Origin: an uncultured Candidatus Saccharibacteria bacterium
GTDB taxonomy: Bacteria > Patescibacteriota > Minisyncoccia > Portnoybacterales > UBA2143
Reading direction: 5' to 3'
Assembly (NCBI GenBank): GCA_964403725.1
Contig: CAYOHI010000001.1
Location: forward strand, 46,091-97,979
Length of the DNA: 51,889 bases
Both the position numbers and the translations under genes were made by a program. Within the stretch, counting starts at the first letter, position 1. Each line of letters starts with the position of its first letter. Below the pieces are notes generated by a model. It did not search any database, was not told where the DNA came from, and saw only the letters and a program-made list of their open reading frames with translations. Shown piece after piece: positions 7,757-15,957 of this stretch.

Positions 7757-8689
7757 TTAAATCTCAGCAATCAGTAGATCTAAGGCTGTCTGGCCATCCA
7801 GGCGGCCTTTTTTGATTCCTAAATCAATATCAAGCAAGCGCTTGTAAATATTCTTTAATTGATCCAGGCTAAAATTCCTTAATTGTTCAGAACTTTTTTT
7901 AACTACAAAAGGATGCAATTTTGTTTTTTTAGCTAACTCGTAATATTGAACTCCTTTTTCAATCAAGTCTTTTAATTTAATCAGAGTTCTGACTTGGTAA
8001 ACAAACATAGATAACAGATATATTTCATTTTCCCCTGTTTCTAAATGCTCATGCAATAGTCTGAAGGCAGTTTTCTTATCTCTCTTAGCCAATGCATCTA
8101 AGGTGTTGAAAATATTTGTGTCCAGTTTGGCATTGATCAATAGATCAACATCTTGTTCATTAACTGTGCTTTCTGCCTTGTAACTCCCTAACTTATTCAA
8201 TTCAGTGGTTAATTGCCATAAATCACTGCCAATGTATGCTATTAATTTACTAAGTGCCATCTGTTCAATATTGATATCATTTCTTTCTGCTTCTTTTTTA
8301 AGCCAATTGGCTAATTCTAATCCTTGCAAAGGTTTGAATTCTTCAGACATACTGGCTTGTCTTTTAAAAGCAATGCCTACACTCTTATCTTCTTGGAATA
8401 GGACAAGGATTACATCCTCATTATCCTTTAATTTAATTTTCTTTATGTATTTTAGAAAATCATCAGCAATATTTTTATTCTTTAAAATATTTTCTAAAAC
8501 AATCAGTTTCTTTTCATCAAACATTGAAACTGATTCAATATTTTGCTTGACTTTGTCAAAATCAAATTCCTTGTCTTTAAAACGAGATAAATTAAGACCA
8601 CTTTGGTGTTTGGTCTTATACTGGCTAATAATTTCATTTAATTTTTGTCTTAAGCGAAAACTGTCTTCGCCATAAAGTAGAATTAACAT
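7757..8689 (-). CDS. holA: DNA polymerase III delta subunit
   Basis: 310 aa. N-terminus MLILLYGEDSFRLRQKLNEI and overall length and layout are typical of HolA. The call rests on general similarity only. Confidence 0.75.
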   Translation of the reverse strand: MLILLYGEDSFRLRQKLNEIISQYKTKHQSGLNLSRFKDKEFDFDKVKQNIESVSMFDEKKLIVLENILKNKNIADDFLKYIKKIKLKDNEDVILVLFQEDKSVGIAFKRQASMSEEFKPLQGLELANWLKKEAERNDINIEQMALSKLIAYIGSDLWQLTTELNKLGSYKAESTVNEQDVDLLINAKLDTNIFNTLDALAKRDKKTAFRLLHEHLETGENEIYLLSMFVYQVRTLIKLKDLIEKGVQYYELAKKTKLHPFVVKKSSEQLRNFSLDQLKNIYKRLLDIDLGIKKGRLDGQTALDLLIAEI

Positions 8690-8692
8690 GGT

Positions 8693-9715
8693 TTATTCCC
8701 AACTAATTTCTGTATTAGGTTCTACTATTTCAATCCAAGTCTGGCCTTGGACAAAAGAAATTTCTTCATCATTTTCATCTATGAATTTTAATTTGCTAAA
8801 TGGCTTAATTTCACTTTTCTGCCAGGTACAGTCAATGACAATTCCATTCTGATAAATTTGGCATTCCCCGCTTCCCTCTAAGTCTAAATCATTGTAATCA
8901 GGTCCTTGGATTTGTTTTGAAAAAGATCTCATGACCACAACATTTTTAGGATTAACTTGCTGATTGTTTCCTGCATCCATTTCTCTTAAATTATCCCTGT
9001 ATCTCAAATATGTATTGGTTTCTGGATTATACTGGTAAGAAACATAATATGGCCTGGAATATCCGATTTTTAAAACCTTGCTATTTAATTCTTGACTTTG
9101 TCCTTTAACAAAGGAATATCCTTCAAAAATATTAGTCATTCTGTAATTTAATTTTTTAGCAGCATTTGTCAGACGGTCTAAAGATGTAAATCCGTTATGT
9201 GGCTGAGGCTTGCTGCTTTCCCTATAGAATGCATTGTATGGATTTTTTAGTGCATCGATATTATCCATAATTCCTGCATTTAATTTATCTAATGCAAAAT
9301 GCGAGCCACCCCAATGAACTAGAATTGCATCCATGCCTTGGGCTAAATGAATAAAATCGTGCCTAGCACTTCTTAGAGATCCAATTTCTTCCGGCTGTTC
9401 ACAGACAAAAAATGCAATTAATCTGGTAATGCTGCCTGTAATGACTGGCATCTCAATAACCAGGTCTGCTTGAGACAGGCCGAATAAGGGTCTGGCTACC
9501 GGATCATTGGCCATAGCTATGGCCAAAGGCCTTTGATTGTAATTATCACATACTTCCCCGCTTAAAGGACTGATCTTATCACTTTCTATCTGGCTGACTG
9601 ATTGGGCCAATTGATCGCTAATTTCAATAGTCCGGCTGCTTTTTTGCCAAATAAAAATTAGCCCAACGGCTAAAACAACAAAAAGAAAAATTTTAATTAT
9701 TTTCTTATCAACCAT
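8693..9715 (-). CDS. DUF3048 (YerB-like) secreted or membrane-anchored protein
   Basis: 340 aa with an N-terminal hydrophobic anchor. The segment PLSGEVCDNYNQRPLAIAMANDPVARPLFGLSQADLVIEMPV resembles the DUF3048 family core (from memory). Confidence 0.5.
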   Translation of the reverse strand: MVDKKIIKIFLFVVLAVGLIFIWQKSSRTIEISDQLAQSVSQIESDKISPLSGEVCDNYNQRPLAIAMANDPVARPLFGLSQADLVIEMPVITGSITRLIAFFVCEQPEEIGSLRSARHDFIHLAQGMDAILVHWGGSHFALDKLNAGIMDNIDALKNPYNAFYRESSKPQPHNGFTSLDRLTNAAKKLNYRMTNIFEGYSFVKGQSQELNSKVLKIGYSRPYYVSYQYNPETNTYLRYRDNLREMDAGNNQQVNPKNVVVMRSFSKQIQGPDYNDLDLEGSGECQIYQNGIVIDCTWQKSEIKPFSKLKFIDENDEEISFVQGQTWIEIVEPNTEISWE

Positions 9716-9716
9716 C

Positions 9717-10103
9717 TTATTTAGATCCTAAAATATCCCTTACCTTTTTAATAATCTGATCAGGCGTGAAATGGGCTTTGATCAGATAATCACTGGCTCC
9801 CAGTTGCATTCCTTTGTCAACTTCTTCTTTTTGGCCGAGATTGCTCAAGATGATAACTGGGATATCCTTGGTTTTTTCATCTTTCCTGATTTGCTCCAGG
9901 ATATCAAAGCCTTCTATGCCGGGTAAGACTAAATCAAGCAAGACAATGTCTGGCATTTCATCTTTCGTCTTCCTAAAAGCCTCTTGCCCGTCAACGGCTG
10001 TTGAAATCTTAAAGCCAGCTGACTCTAATTTGCGCACTAAAAGCTCTCTTAGGAACTTATCATCCTCAACCAGCATTATAAATATTTTCTTTTCTTTAGT
10101 CAT
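9717..10103 (-). CDS. response regulator, receiver domain only
   Basis: 128 aa with the CheY-like pattern LVEDD...DIVLLDLVLPGIEGF...PVIILSN...KA. No output domain. Confidence 0.85.
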   Translation of the reverse strand: MTKEKKIFIMLVEDDKFLRELLVRKLESAGFKISTAVDGQEAFRKTKDEMPDIVLLDLVLPGIEGFDILEQIRKDEKTKDIPVIILSNLGQKEEVDKGMQLGASDYLIKAHFTPDQIIKKVRDILGSK

Positions 10104-10468
10104 GGTTTGATATATTTTTTAACTTTATCGACTACTTCTTGCGGGTCAAAGTCAGTCTTGATCAGCCAGTCAACGACTCCTAATTCCTTGGCCCGGTCAA
10201 GCTCAACCGGCTGGCCTGAATTAGAAATGATAATAATTGGGATCCTGCTTAATATCTCGTCTTTTTGAAGCTCTTCCATAACTTCAAAGCCACCCATTTT
10301 AGGCATGACAATATCCAGTAAGATCAAATCAATCATGTTTGTCTTAATTTTTTCAAGTCCTTCCTGTCCGTCTCTGGCCACGATGACCTCATATCCCTCT
10401 TGATTTAATTTCTTATCTAGAAGATTTAATAAAGTTTCTTCATCTTCGATAATAATGACTTTTTTCAT
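10100..10468 (-). CDS. response regulator, receiver domain only
   Basis: 122 aa with IIEDE...DLILLDIVMPKMGGF...PIIIISN...K. 4-nt overlap with the next receiver gene. Confidence 0.85.
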   Translation of the reverse strand: MKKVIIIEDEETLLNLLDKKLNQEGYEVIVARDGQEGLEKIKTNMIDLILLDIVMPKMGGFEVMEELQKDEILSRIPIIIISNSGQPVELDRAKELGVVDWLIKTDFDPQEVVDKVKKYIKP

Positions 10469-10469
10469 A

Positions 10470-12026
10470 TTATTTCACAGGCAGAGTAAATCTGAAAGTG
10501 GTTCCTTTTCCTTTTTCACTTTCAAATGAAATCTTGCCCTTATGAGCATTAATAATATTCTTAACAATAAATAATCCCAGTCCTGTTCCTTCAGTCTCTG
10601 TCCTGACTGCGTTATCAGCTCTGAAAAACTTGTTAAATATCCTTTTCTTTTGCTCATCAGGAATACCGATACCATCATCCTTGACTGCAACTTCTAAATT
10701 AACTTTATCACATTTTATTGATACTGTCACTTCTCCACCAGGCTTGTTAAATCTGATAGCGTTGTCCAGTAGATTCTGGACAACAATGCCTATTTTCTCT
10801 CTGTCAGCGTTAACTTTCGGTATTTTCGCCTTGGATTTCTTGTAGGTTAGCTTAATATTCTTGTCCTTGACTATCCCAGACAAGCCATCTAGTGTCTCTT
10901 GGATGATTTCATCTATTGATTGCGGGGTCAGGTCGTAAATGAAGCGTCCTTCTTCAATCCTGGCTACATTTAATAGGTCATTGATCAGAATGATCATCCT
11001 TTCATTGCTCTGATATCCTTTGTTTAAGAATTCAACTTGTTCGGCTGTCAGATTACCCACATCTCCGTCTAAAAGCATCCTCAGGGTCCATTTGATAGCT
11101 GATAATGGAGTCCTTAACTGGTGAGCAGCAATAGAGACGAATTCTGTCTTTAATCTTTCAATTTCTTTTCCTCGGGTAACGTCATGCAAGATGACCATCA
11201 GACCGACTGTCTCTTTGCCGACTACAACAGGAGCAATGGAGACTTGGAAATATCTTTTAATCGGTTTTTTTAGGGTTAATTCATATTTTTGGCCGGTCCA
11301 TTCAATTTTTTTACCCAAAGCCTGGTAAAGATCGTTGAAATTTTTGTGATTTAGAACATCATCGATCTTTTTATTCAAGACTTCCGTTTCTTTCAATTCC
11401 AATATCTTCTCTGCTTCCGGGTTAACTAAGGTGATTCTTTTGTTTTTGCCAAAGACAACCAGTCCGTCCGTCAGGCTGACCAGAGCTGCTCTTGTCTTGT
11501 TTTCTTCTTCCTGGATCTTCTTTCTGATCTCTTCTGCGTCTTCAAGCATGTTTATCAATGCTTTTTTGGCTGTTTCTAATTCTTGAGTTCTTTCCTTTAC
11601 TTTTTCTTCCAGATTTTCCTGGAATTTCTTGATTTCAGTAATATCTGAAATGGCCAGAAAAGCGCCGATGACATTCTTTTTCGTGTCCCTTCTGACTGAT
11701 CCAGAGACATTGACTGGAATCTCTTTCTTGTCTTTATCGATTAGGGTCAGTTCATGGTTTCTGACTAATCCTTCCTTTAATACTTTGTCAAAGAATTTAA
11801 CAGAATCCTTTTTTTCTTTGAATAGGAATTCCAAGTTTTTTCCGATAGCTTCCCCTTCTGTATATTTAGACAGATCCTTAACAGCATTGTTGACATCAAC
11901 AATAATGCCTGTCGGATTGATCATGCAGACTGCCAGAGGCAGAAAAATGGAAAATTCCTCGATGTATCTTTCGAGGTTTTCCAAGTCATCTTGATAATTT
12001 TTCAGTAAGAGTTTTTGATCAATCAT
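10470..12026 (-). CDS. cytoplasmic PAS-PAS sensor histidine kinase
   Basis: 518 aa with H-box AAHQLRTPLSAIKW, N-box LLDNAIRFN, G1 DDGIGIP and G2 GTGLGL. Two PAS-like segments lie upstream and there is no obvious TM helix. Confidence 0.88.
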   Translation of the reverse strand: MIDQKLLLKNYQDDLENLERYIEEFSIFLPLAVCMINPTGIIVDVNNAVKDLSKYTEGEAIGKNLEFLFKEKKDSVKFFDKVLKEGLVRNHELTLIDKDKKEIPVNVSGSVRRDTKKNVIGAFLAISDITEIKKFQENLEEKVKERTQELETAKKALINMLEDAEEIRKKIQEEENKTRAALVSLTDGLVVFGKNKRITLVNPEAEKILELKETEVLNKKIDDVLNHKNFNDLYQALGKKIEWTGQKYELTLKKPIKRYFQVSIAPVVVGKETVGLMVILHDVTRGKEIERLKTEFVSIAAHQLRTPLSAIKWTLRMLLDGDVGNLTAEQVEFLNKGYQSNERMIILINDLLNVARIEEGRFIYDLTPQSIDEIIQETLDGLSGIVKDKNIKLTYKKSKAKIPKVNADREKIGIVVQNLLDNAIRFNKPGGEVTVSIKCDKVNLEVAVKDDGIGIPDEQKKRIFNKFFRADNAVRTETEGTGLGLFIVKNIINAHKGKISFESEKGKGTTFRFTLPVK

Positions 12027-12028
12027 TT

Positions 12029-12631
12029 CTATTCCCAGGTGATAATATATTGATCATATGGATCACCTTTAAAGACACATTGGACTTCTTCGATGTTCAT
12101 CTTGTCCGTCTTGACTACCAGGCTGGCAATGGCCCTGAAATATCCTTTGAAGTACTCGCAGAGGATAGGATGGATCTTGAAATCCTTAAGCTGGATAACC
12201 AGGCGCTTGTCTTCAATATTTATTTCAGGTGATTCCAATTGGCCTACTGAATAGTGTTCCCGCCAATACTTGGAGCTCTCGGCAAATGTCTTCTCCAGAG
12301 AAACGAAATATCTCAGAAGCGTTTTGACAATGAAGGAATACTTCGGCGCTACCAGGCCCATCTTGAATATTTCCTGGTCATCCCAATTAAAGGTATCTTT
12401 AATGAACATCAAAGAGAGAACACGCCAGCTTAAAGGATACCAATTGGTCGCCTTGACTTCCTTGCCATACTTGATGGCTTGGCCAGTTTCTTTCAGAATG
12501 ATTTCTTCCAGTTTCTTCAGTCCTTCTTCGTCGTGCTTTTCCAAAACATATCTGGCATCAGTCTGGAAAACAGCGCCTCTGACTTTTCCTTGTATTTTTA
12601 AAACTTCTTCGATTGTTTTTTGATCTATCAT
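12029..12631 (-). CDS. hypothetical 200-aa protein, paralog of 13454..14056
   Basis: Shares with 13454..14056 the pattern W.P.S...F.W...G...F...L..YF.S.EKT...W..HYS.G.L...K..V..L.DFK.H...YF.G.F and identical length. Sits in the same operon as the kinase. Confidence 0.6.
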   Translation of the reverse strand: MIDQKTIEEVLKIQGKVRGAVFQTDARYVLEKHDEEGLKKLEEIILKETGQAIKYGKEVKATNWYPLSWRVLSLMFIKDTFNWDDQEIFKMGLVAPKYSFIVKTLLRYFVSLEKTFAESSKYWREHYSVGQLESPEINIEDKRLVIQLKDFKIHPILCEYFKGYFRAIASLVVKTDKMNIEEVQCVFKGDPYDQYIITWE

Positions 12632-12635
12632 ATTT

Positions 12636-13460
12636 TTATCCCTTCTTAATTTCCTCCTTTAATTTTTTGACCTTTTCTTTTAATTCAATCATCTTAATTT
12701 CACGGCCAATGGTTAGCTTGTAAAATCTTTCAAGCTCATCAACTCTTTCTTCTAATTCTTTTGTTCTCTGTCTCACTTTTTCTTCTAAATTACCAGTCAT
12801 TTCTTCCAATTCCTTGGTTCTTTGACTGACCTTTTCCTGAAGGTTTAATTTTACTTCTTCCAGTTCATCTGTTTTTTGCCTCAGTCTGCTAGCAAATATG
12901 TTAATATTGACAGCCACTAATCCAAAAGCTCCGCCAGCTACTAAGAGAGTAGTGAAAATGTAATATGGATTCTGGTGAAAGCCGCCGCTAGAAACCAACC
13001 CCTGGAAAGGGATGACTTGGGAATATTGGAGGATCAGCAGAGTAGCGTACAGGAAAAAAACCAGGGATACCAAAAGTATCTTTTTGGCTTTCTGGGGAAG
13101 ATAGAAGACAGAATAGATTATGGTGAAGATGTAGAAGAAGGATCCAATCCATTCAATAGCGCCGATAAAATAGATGACTACCGTCAGGATAATCACGTCA
13201 AAGATCAATTGGCCGAAGAAAAAATCATTGATTTTAGCAACTGTCTTCAGTTTCTGGATGATCAGGAAAGAAAAAAACTGCTCAATGATCCAGATGAGCA
13301 GGATAGCTGAAACCATCAATGGAATGTCGATCTGTTTTAGGAAATGCAGGCTAAAAGCAAGAATGAGGAAAACAGATGTGGTCAAGAGCCTCATTTGAAC
13401 AGTAGGATTGATATCCTTGAGAAATGTTTTGGCTTTTTCTTTGTTCTCCATAATTACCAT
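12636..13460 (-). CDS. polytopic membrane protein with a C-terminal coiled coil (sensor-like, no kinase core)
   Basis: 274 aa with about 5-6 hydrophobic helices. The tail has a duplicated signalling-helix-like motif: QEKVSQRTKELEE / EEKVRQRTKELEE. No H-box or ATPase domain. Confidence 0.6.
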   Translation of the reverse strand: MVIMENKEKAKTFLKDINPTVQMRLLTTSVFLILAFSLHFLKQIDIPLMVSAILLIWIIEQFFSFLIIQKLKTVAKINDFFFGQLIFDVIILTVVIYFIGAIEWIGSFFYIFTIIYSVFYLPQKAKKILLVSLVFFLYATLLILQYSQVIPFQGLVSSGGFHQNPYYIFTTLLVAGGAFGLVAVNINIFASRLRQKTDELEEVKLNLQEKVSQRTKELEEMTGNLEEKVRQRTKELEERVDELERFYKLTIGREIKMIELKEKVKKLKEEIKKG

Positions 13461-14056
13461 TCAAAAATGTATTCGTGGCTGTATTCGTCAATTGACGAAT
13501 ACTTAATGTCTTTTAAATCGATTTTTATGCCGATGGTCATTTCCAGAACCTTGGAAAAGACACCGACAAAGTATATGAGGGTAAAGCGGTGCATTTTGAA
13601 ATCTTCAAGCCTCAGGATTACTTTTTTCTTCTCAAATTCAACTATTTTCAGATTCCCGTATGAATAGTGGTTATGCCAGCCAGCAGCGCCTTTTTGGAGG
13701 GTTTTTTCAGCTGAAGAGAAATATTTGATGTACAGCTTGGTCAAATATTTGAATCCGATGGAACCCTGGCCGATCCTGATAATATCGGCTTTGCTCCATT
13801 GGAATTCTTCAACGCAAGTCACAAAGAATATGTTGACTAGGCTGACTGGAATCCAAGACATGCCATCGATGCCTTCAATATCCGGCGTTTCATAATCCAG
13901 TTCCTTTAATCTGTTCTTTACTCTTTCAAGGCCGTTTTCCTCGTTTTCTTCAATATAATTGGCTAAATACTTGAGGTCTTCGCCTCTTTCTTCCCCAGTC
14001 AGCTCCTTTATTTCATCTATTTCTTTTTTTAGATCAATATTGTTGATATCAGTCAT
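13454..14056 (-). CDS. hypothetical 200-aa protein, paralog of 12029..12631
   Basis: See 12029..12631: same length and conserved C-terminal motif set (GWHNHYSYGNLKIVEFEKKKVILRLEDFKMH...YFVGVF). Confidence 0.6.
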   Translation of the reverse strand: MTDINNIDLKKEIDEIKELTGEERGEDLKYLANYIEENEENGLERVKNRLKELDYETPDIEGIDGMSWIPVSLVNIFFVTCVEEFQWSKADIIRIGQGSIGFKYLTKLYIKYFSSAEKTLQKGAAGWHNHYSYGNLKIVEFEKKKVILRLEDFKMHRFTLIYFVGVFSKVLEMTIGIKIDLKDIKYSSIDEYSHEYIFEW

Positions 14057-14066
14057 ATTACTATAA

Positions 14067-14933
14067 TTATATCACATCCAATCTTTTGATTAAACTTTTG
14101 AATTCCAATCTTTCCAAGATTTTCTTAATTTCTTCCTTGTTGAATCCGTTCCATTTGCAATCATCCAGATTGAAATCAATCTCTACGTCTTTCTTTATGG
14201 TTGCCAGATTCTTGCTCATCAAGGCATCTTCCTTGTATTCCAAAAGTCTTGCCTGCAAGGGCGGCTTTATTTCTCCCTTGTTGATGTCTTTGTAAATTTT
14301 CTCAAGACTGCCGAATTGCTTGATCAGCTGGATGGCGGTCTTTTCCCCGATGCCAGAAATCCCGGGAATATTGTCTGATGGATCCCCTTTCAATCCCTTG
14401 AAATCGATGATCTGGTCCGGGGTCAGGCCGTACTTTTCCTTTATGGCCTTGGTGTCATAGATAAAGGTATGGTTGATTCCTTTTTTCAAGGTGCAGATTT
14501 CAGTCTTTTCATCAACTAACTGCAGGGTATCCAAGTCTCCGGTAATGATAGTCTTTCTAATATCTTCACCTTTCAATTTCTCAACAATGGTGCCGATAAC
14601 ATCATCTGCTTCAAATCCCTTCTTCTCATAGATCGGAATTTCCATAACTTTAAGCAATTCCTTTATTAAAGGAAATTGGTTATAGAATTCTGAGGATTGC
14701 TTTACTCTTTTGGCTTTGTATTCCTTGTATTCCAAATCTCTGAAAGTGGGTCCTTCCAGATCAAAGGTAGCCAGCAGATAATCTGGCTTTAATTCCTGGA
14801 TTATCCTGAATAGGATACTGGTGAATCCATAGACTGAATTAACCAGCATTCCTTTTTTGGTCTTGAAAGGAGGCAAGGCGTGAAAAGCCCTGTGAATCAG
14901 GGCATTACTGTCAATTAGAATCAGATTCTTCAT
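14067..14933 (-). CDS. stand-alone 5'-3' exonuclease (Pol I N-terminal/FEN-like domain)
   Basis: 288 aa with LILIDSNALIHRAFHALP, GFEADDVIGT, ITGDLDTLQL and the H3TH motif GIPGISGIGEKTA. No polymerase domain. Confidence 0.88.
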   Translation of the reverse strand: MKNLILIDSNALIHRAFHALPPFKTKKGMLVNSVYGFTSILFRIIQELKPDYLLATFDLEGPTFRDLEYKEYKAKRVKQSSEFYNQFPLIKELLKVMEIPIYEKKGFEADDVIGTIVEKLKGEDIRKTIITGDLDTLQLVDEKTEICTLKKGINHTFIYDTKAIKEKYGLTPDQIIDFKGLKGDPSDNIPGISGIGEKTAIQLIKQFGSLEKIYKDINKGEIKPPLQARLLEYKEDALMSKNLATIKKDVEIDFNLDDCKWNGFNKEEIKKILERLEFKSLIKRLDVI

Positions 14934-15345
14934 ATGTCACCTTTCTTTTATCTTTATCAATGTATTCAAAATTAATCCAAATCTTATTTGATGGCAGAAT
15001 TTCCTTTATCTTTTCAGCCCATTCAATGATTACAATATTTCCTTTCGTACTTATGATTTCATTGAAATCCAATTCTTTCAGATCATCGGAATTTATCCTG
15101 TATGAATCAATGTGGAAAAGCTTTCCTTTTGGAAGACTGTATTGTTTCATAATGACGAAAGTAGGGCTGGTTACCTTGTCTTCAATTCCTAAATGTTTGG
15201 CTAAAAATTGGGTAAATGTTGTCTTGCCGCTGCCTAGGTCACCTTGCAGGGCAATGATTACAGGGTTTTCTTCATTTTGGATTTTTTTAGCAAATTCTTT
15301 TGCTAATTCTTCCATTTCTTTTGTGTTGTTGATGATGGTTTGCAT
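14911..15345 (-). CDS. tsaE: tRNA t6A37 biosynthesis ATPase TsaE
   Basis: 144 aa with P-loop LQGDLGSGKTTF followed by SPTF and HIDSYR, the typical TsaE/YjeE signature. Confidence 0.85.
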   Translation of the reverse strand: MQTIINNTKEMEELAKEFAKKIQNEENPVIIALQGDLGSGKTTFTQFLAKHLGIEDKVTSPTFVIMKQYSLPKGKLFHIDSYRINSDDLKELDFNEIISTKGNIVIIEWAEKIKEILPSNKIWINFEYIDKDKRKVTYEESDSN

Positions 15346-15444
15346 GGTTTTAGTATATTATATTTAGAGAAATAGGGAAACAATAGCACCCCGAACCTTT
15401 TTAGGCTGGGGCGCTAAACTTAAGATTGAAACCGGCCGGATCAA

Positions 15445-15810
15445 TCAGGTCAATTCGAGGCCTCTAACTTTTTTGGGATCGAGGCCCTCGACTTTGTCGA
15501 AATAAAGGATATTCATGCCGTGGAACATGATCCGCTGGCCTTTTTCCGGCGTATCTTGGATGGTAAACGGTACGCCGTTCGGAATAATGAACGGCTTATC
15601 CGACTCAATTGCCGTCCACTCATCAGGCAATCCCATACCTGAAAGTTTCGCTTCGGCGGCCCATTCAAGCTCGATGATGACCATATCACTGTCATTCATT
15701 TTGACGCTCTTGATGGGACCATGAACCACCCTTTGACCGTTGTTGAGTTCCAGATACCCTTGCGGATTTCGCTCAACAACCTCTTGCCAATCAACTTTCA
15801 TTTCGGACAT
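15445..15810 (-). CDS. hypothetical protein (121 aa), GC-rich orphan ORF
   Basis: ATG at 15810 is preceded by GGGGGAGG (SD) 7 nt upstream. The track's longer 178-aa version adds AT-rich codons with no SD. Followed by a hairpin at about 15385-15418. Visibly higher GC than neighbours. Confidence 0.5.
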   Translation of the reverse strand: MSEMKVDWQEVVERNPQGYLELNNGQRVVHGPIKSVKMNDSDMVIIELEWAAEAKLSGMGLPDEWTAIESDKPFIIPNGVPFTIQDTPEKGQRIMFHGMNILYFDKVEGLDPKKVRGLELT

Positions 15811-15921
15811 TTGTTTTACCTCCCCCTTAAAGATTAATGTCATTCGCACTGTATTTGCCATTGAACTATTGGGAATATAGTAGTATGCAAATATTTTTCT
15901 GTCAATGTTTAAATTACCACA

Positions 15922-15950
15922 TTGACCCCCCACCCAAAATAGAATAAAAT
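15922..15950 (+). promoter_or_regulatory. sigma70-like promoter for the PilB/GspE gene
   Basis: TTGACC (15922-15927), 17-nt spacer, TAAAAT (15945-15950). The -10 ends 7 nt before ATG 15958, so the mRNA would be leaderless or nearly so. Confidence 0.45.
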
Positions 15951-15957
15951 ATAAGAC

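Noticed and set aside
8205-8675. Long antisense ORFs inside confident genes, for example 8205..8675, 23754..24233, 25736..26179, 47220..47729 and 12975..13310.
   Set aside because: Each lies entirely opposite a gene with clear family motifs and has low-complexity or hydrophobic artefact-like translations. This is expected in AT-rich DNA.
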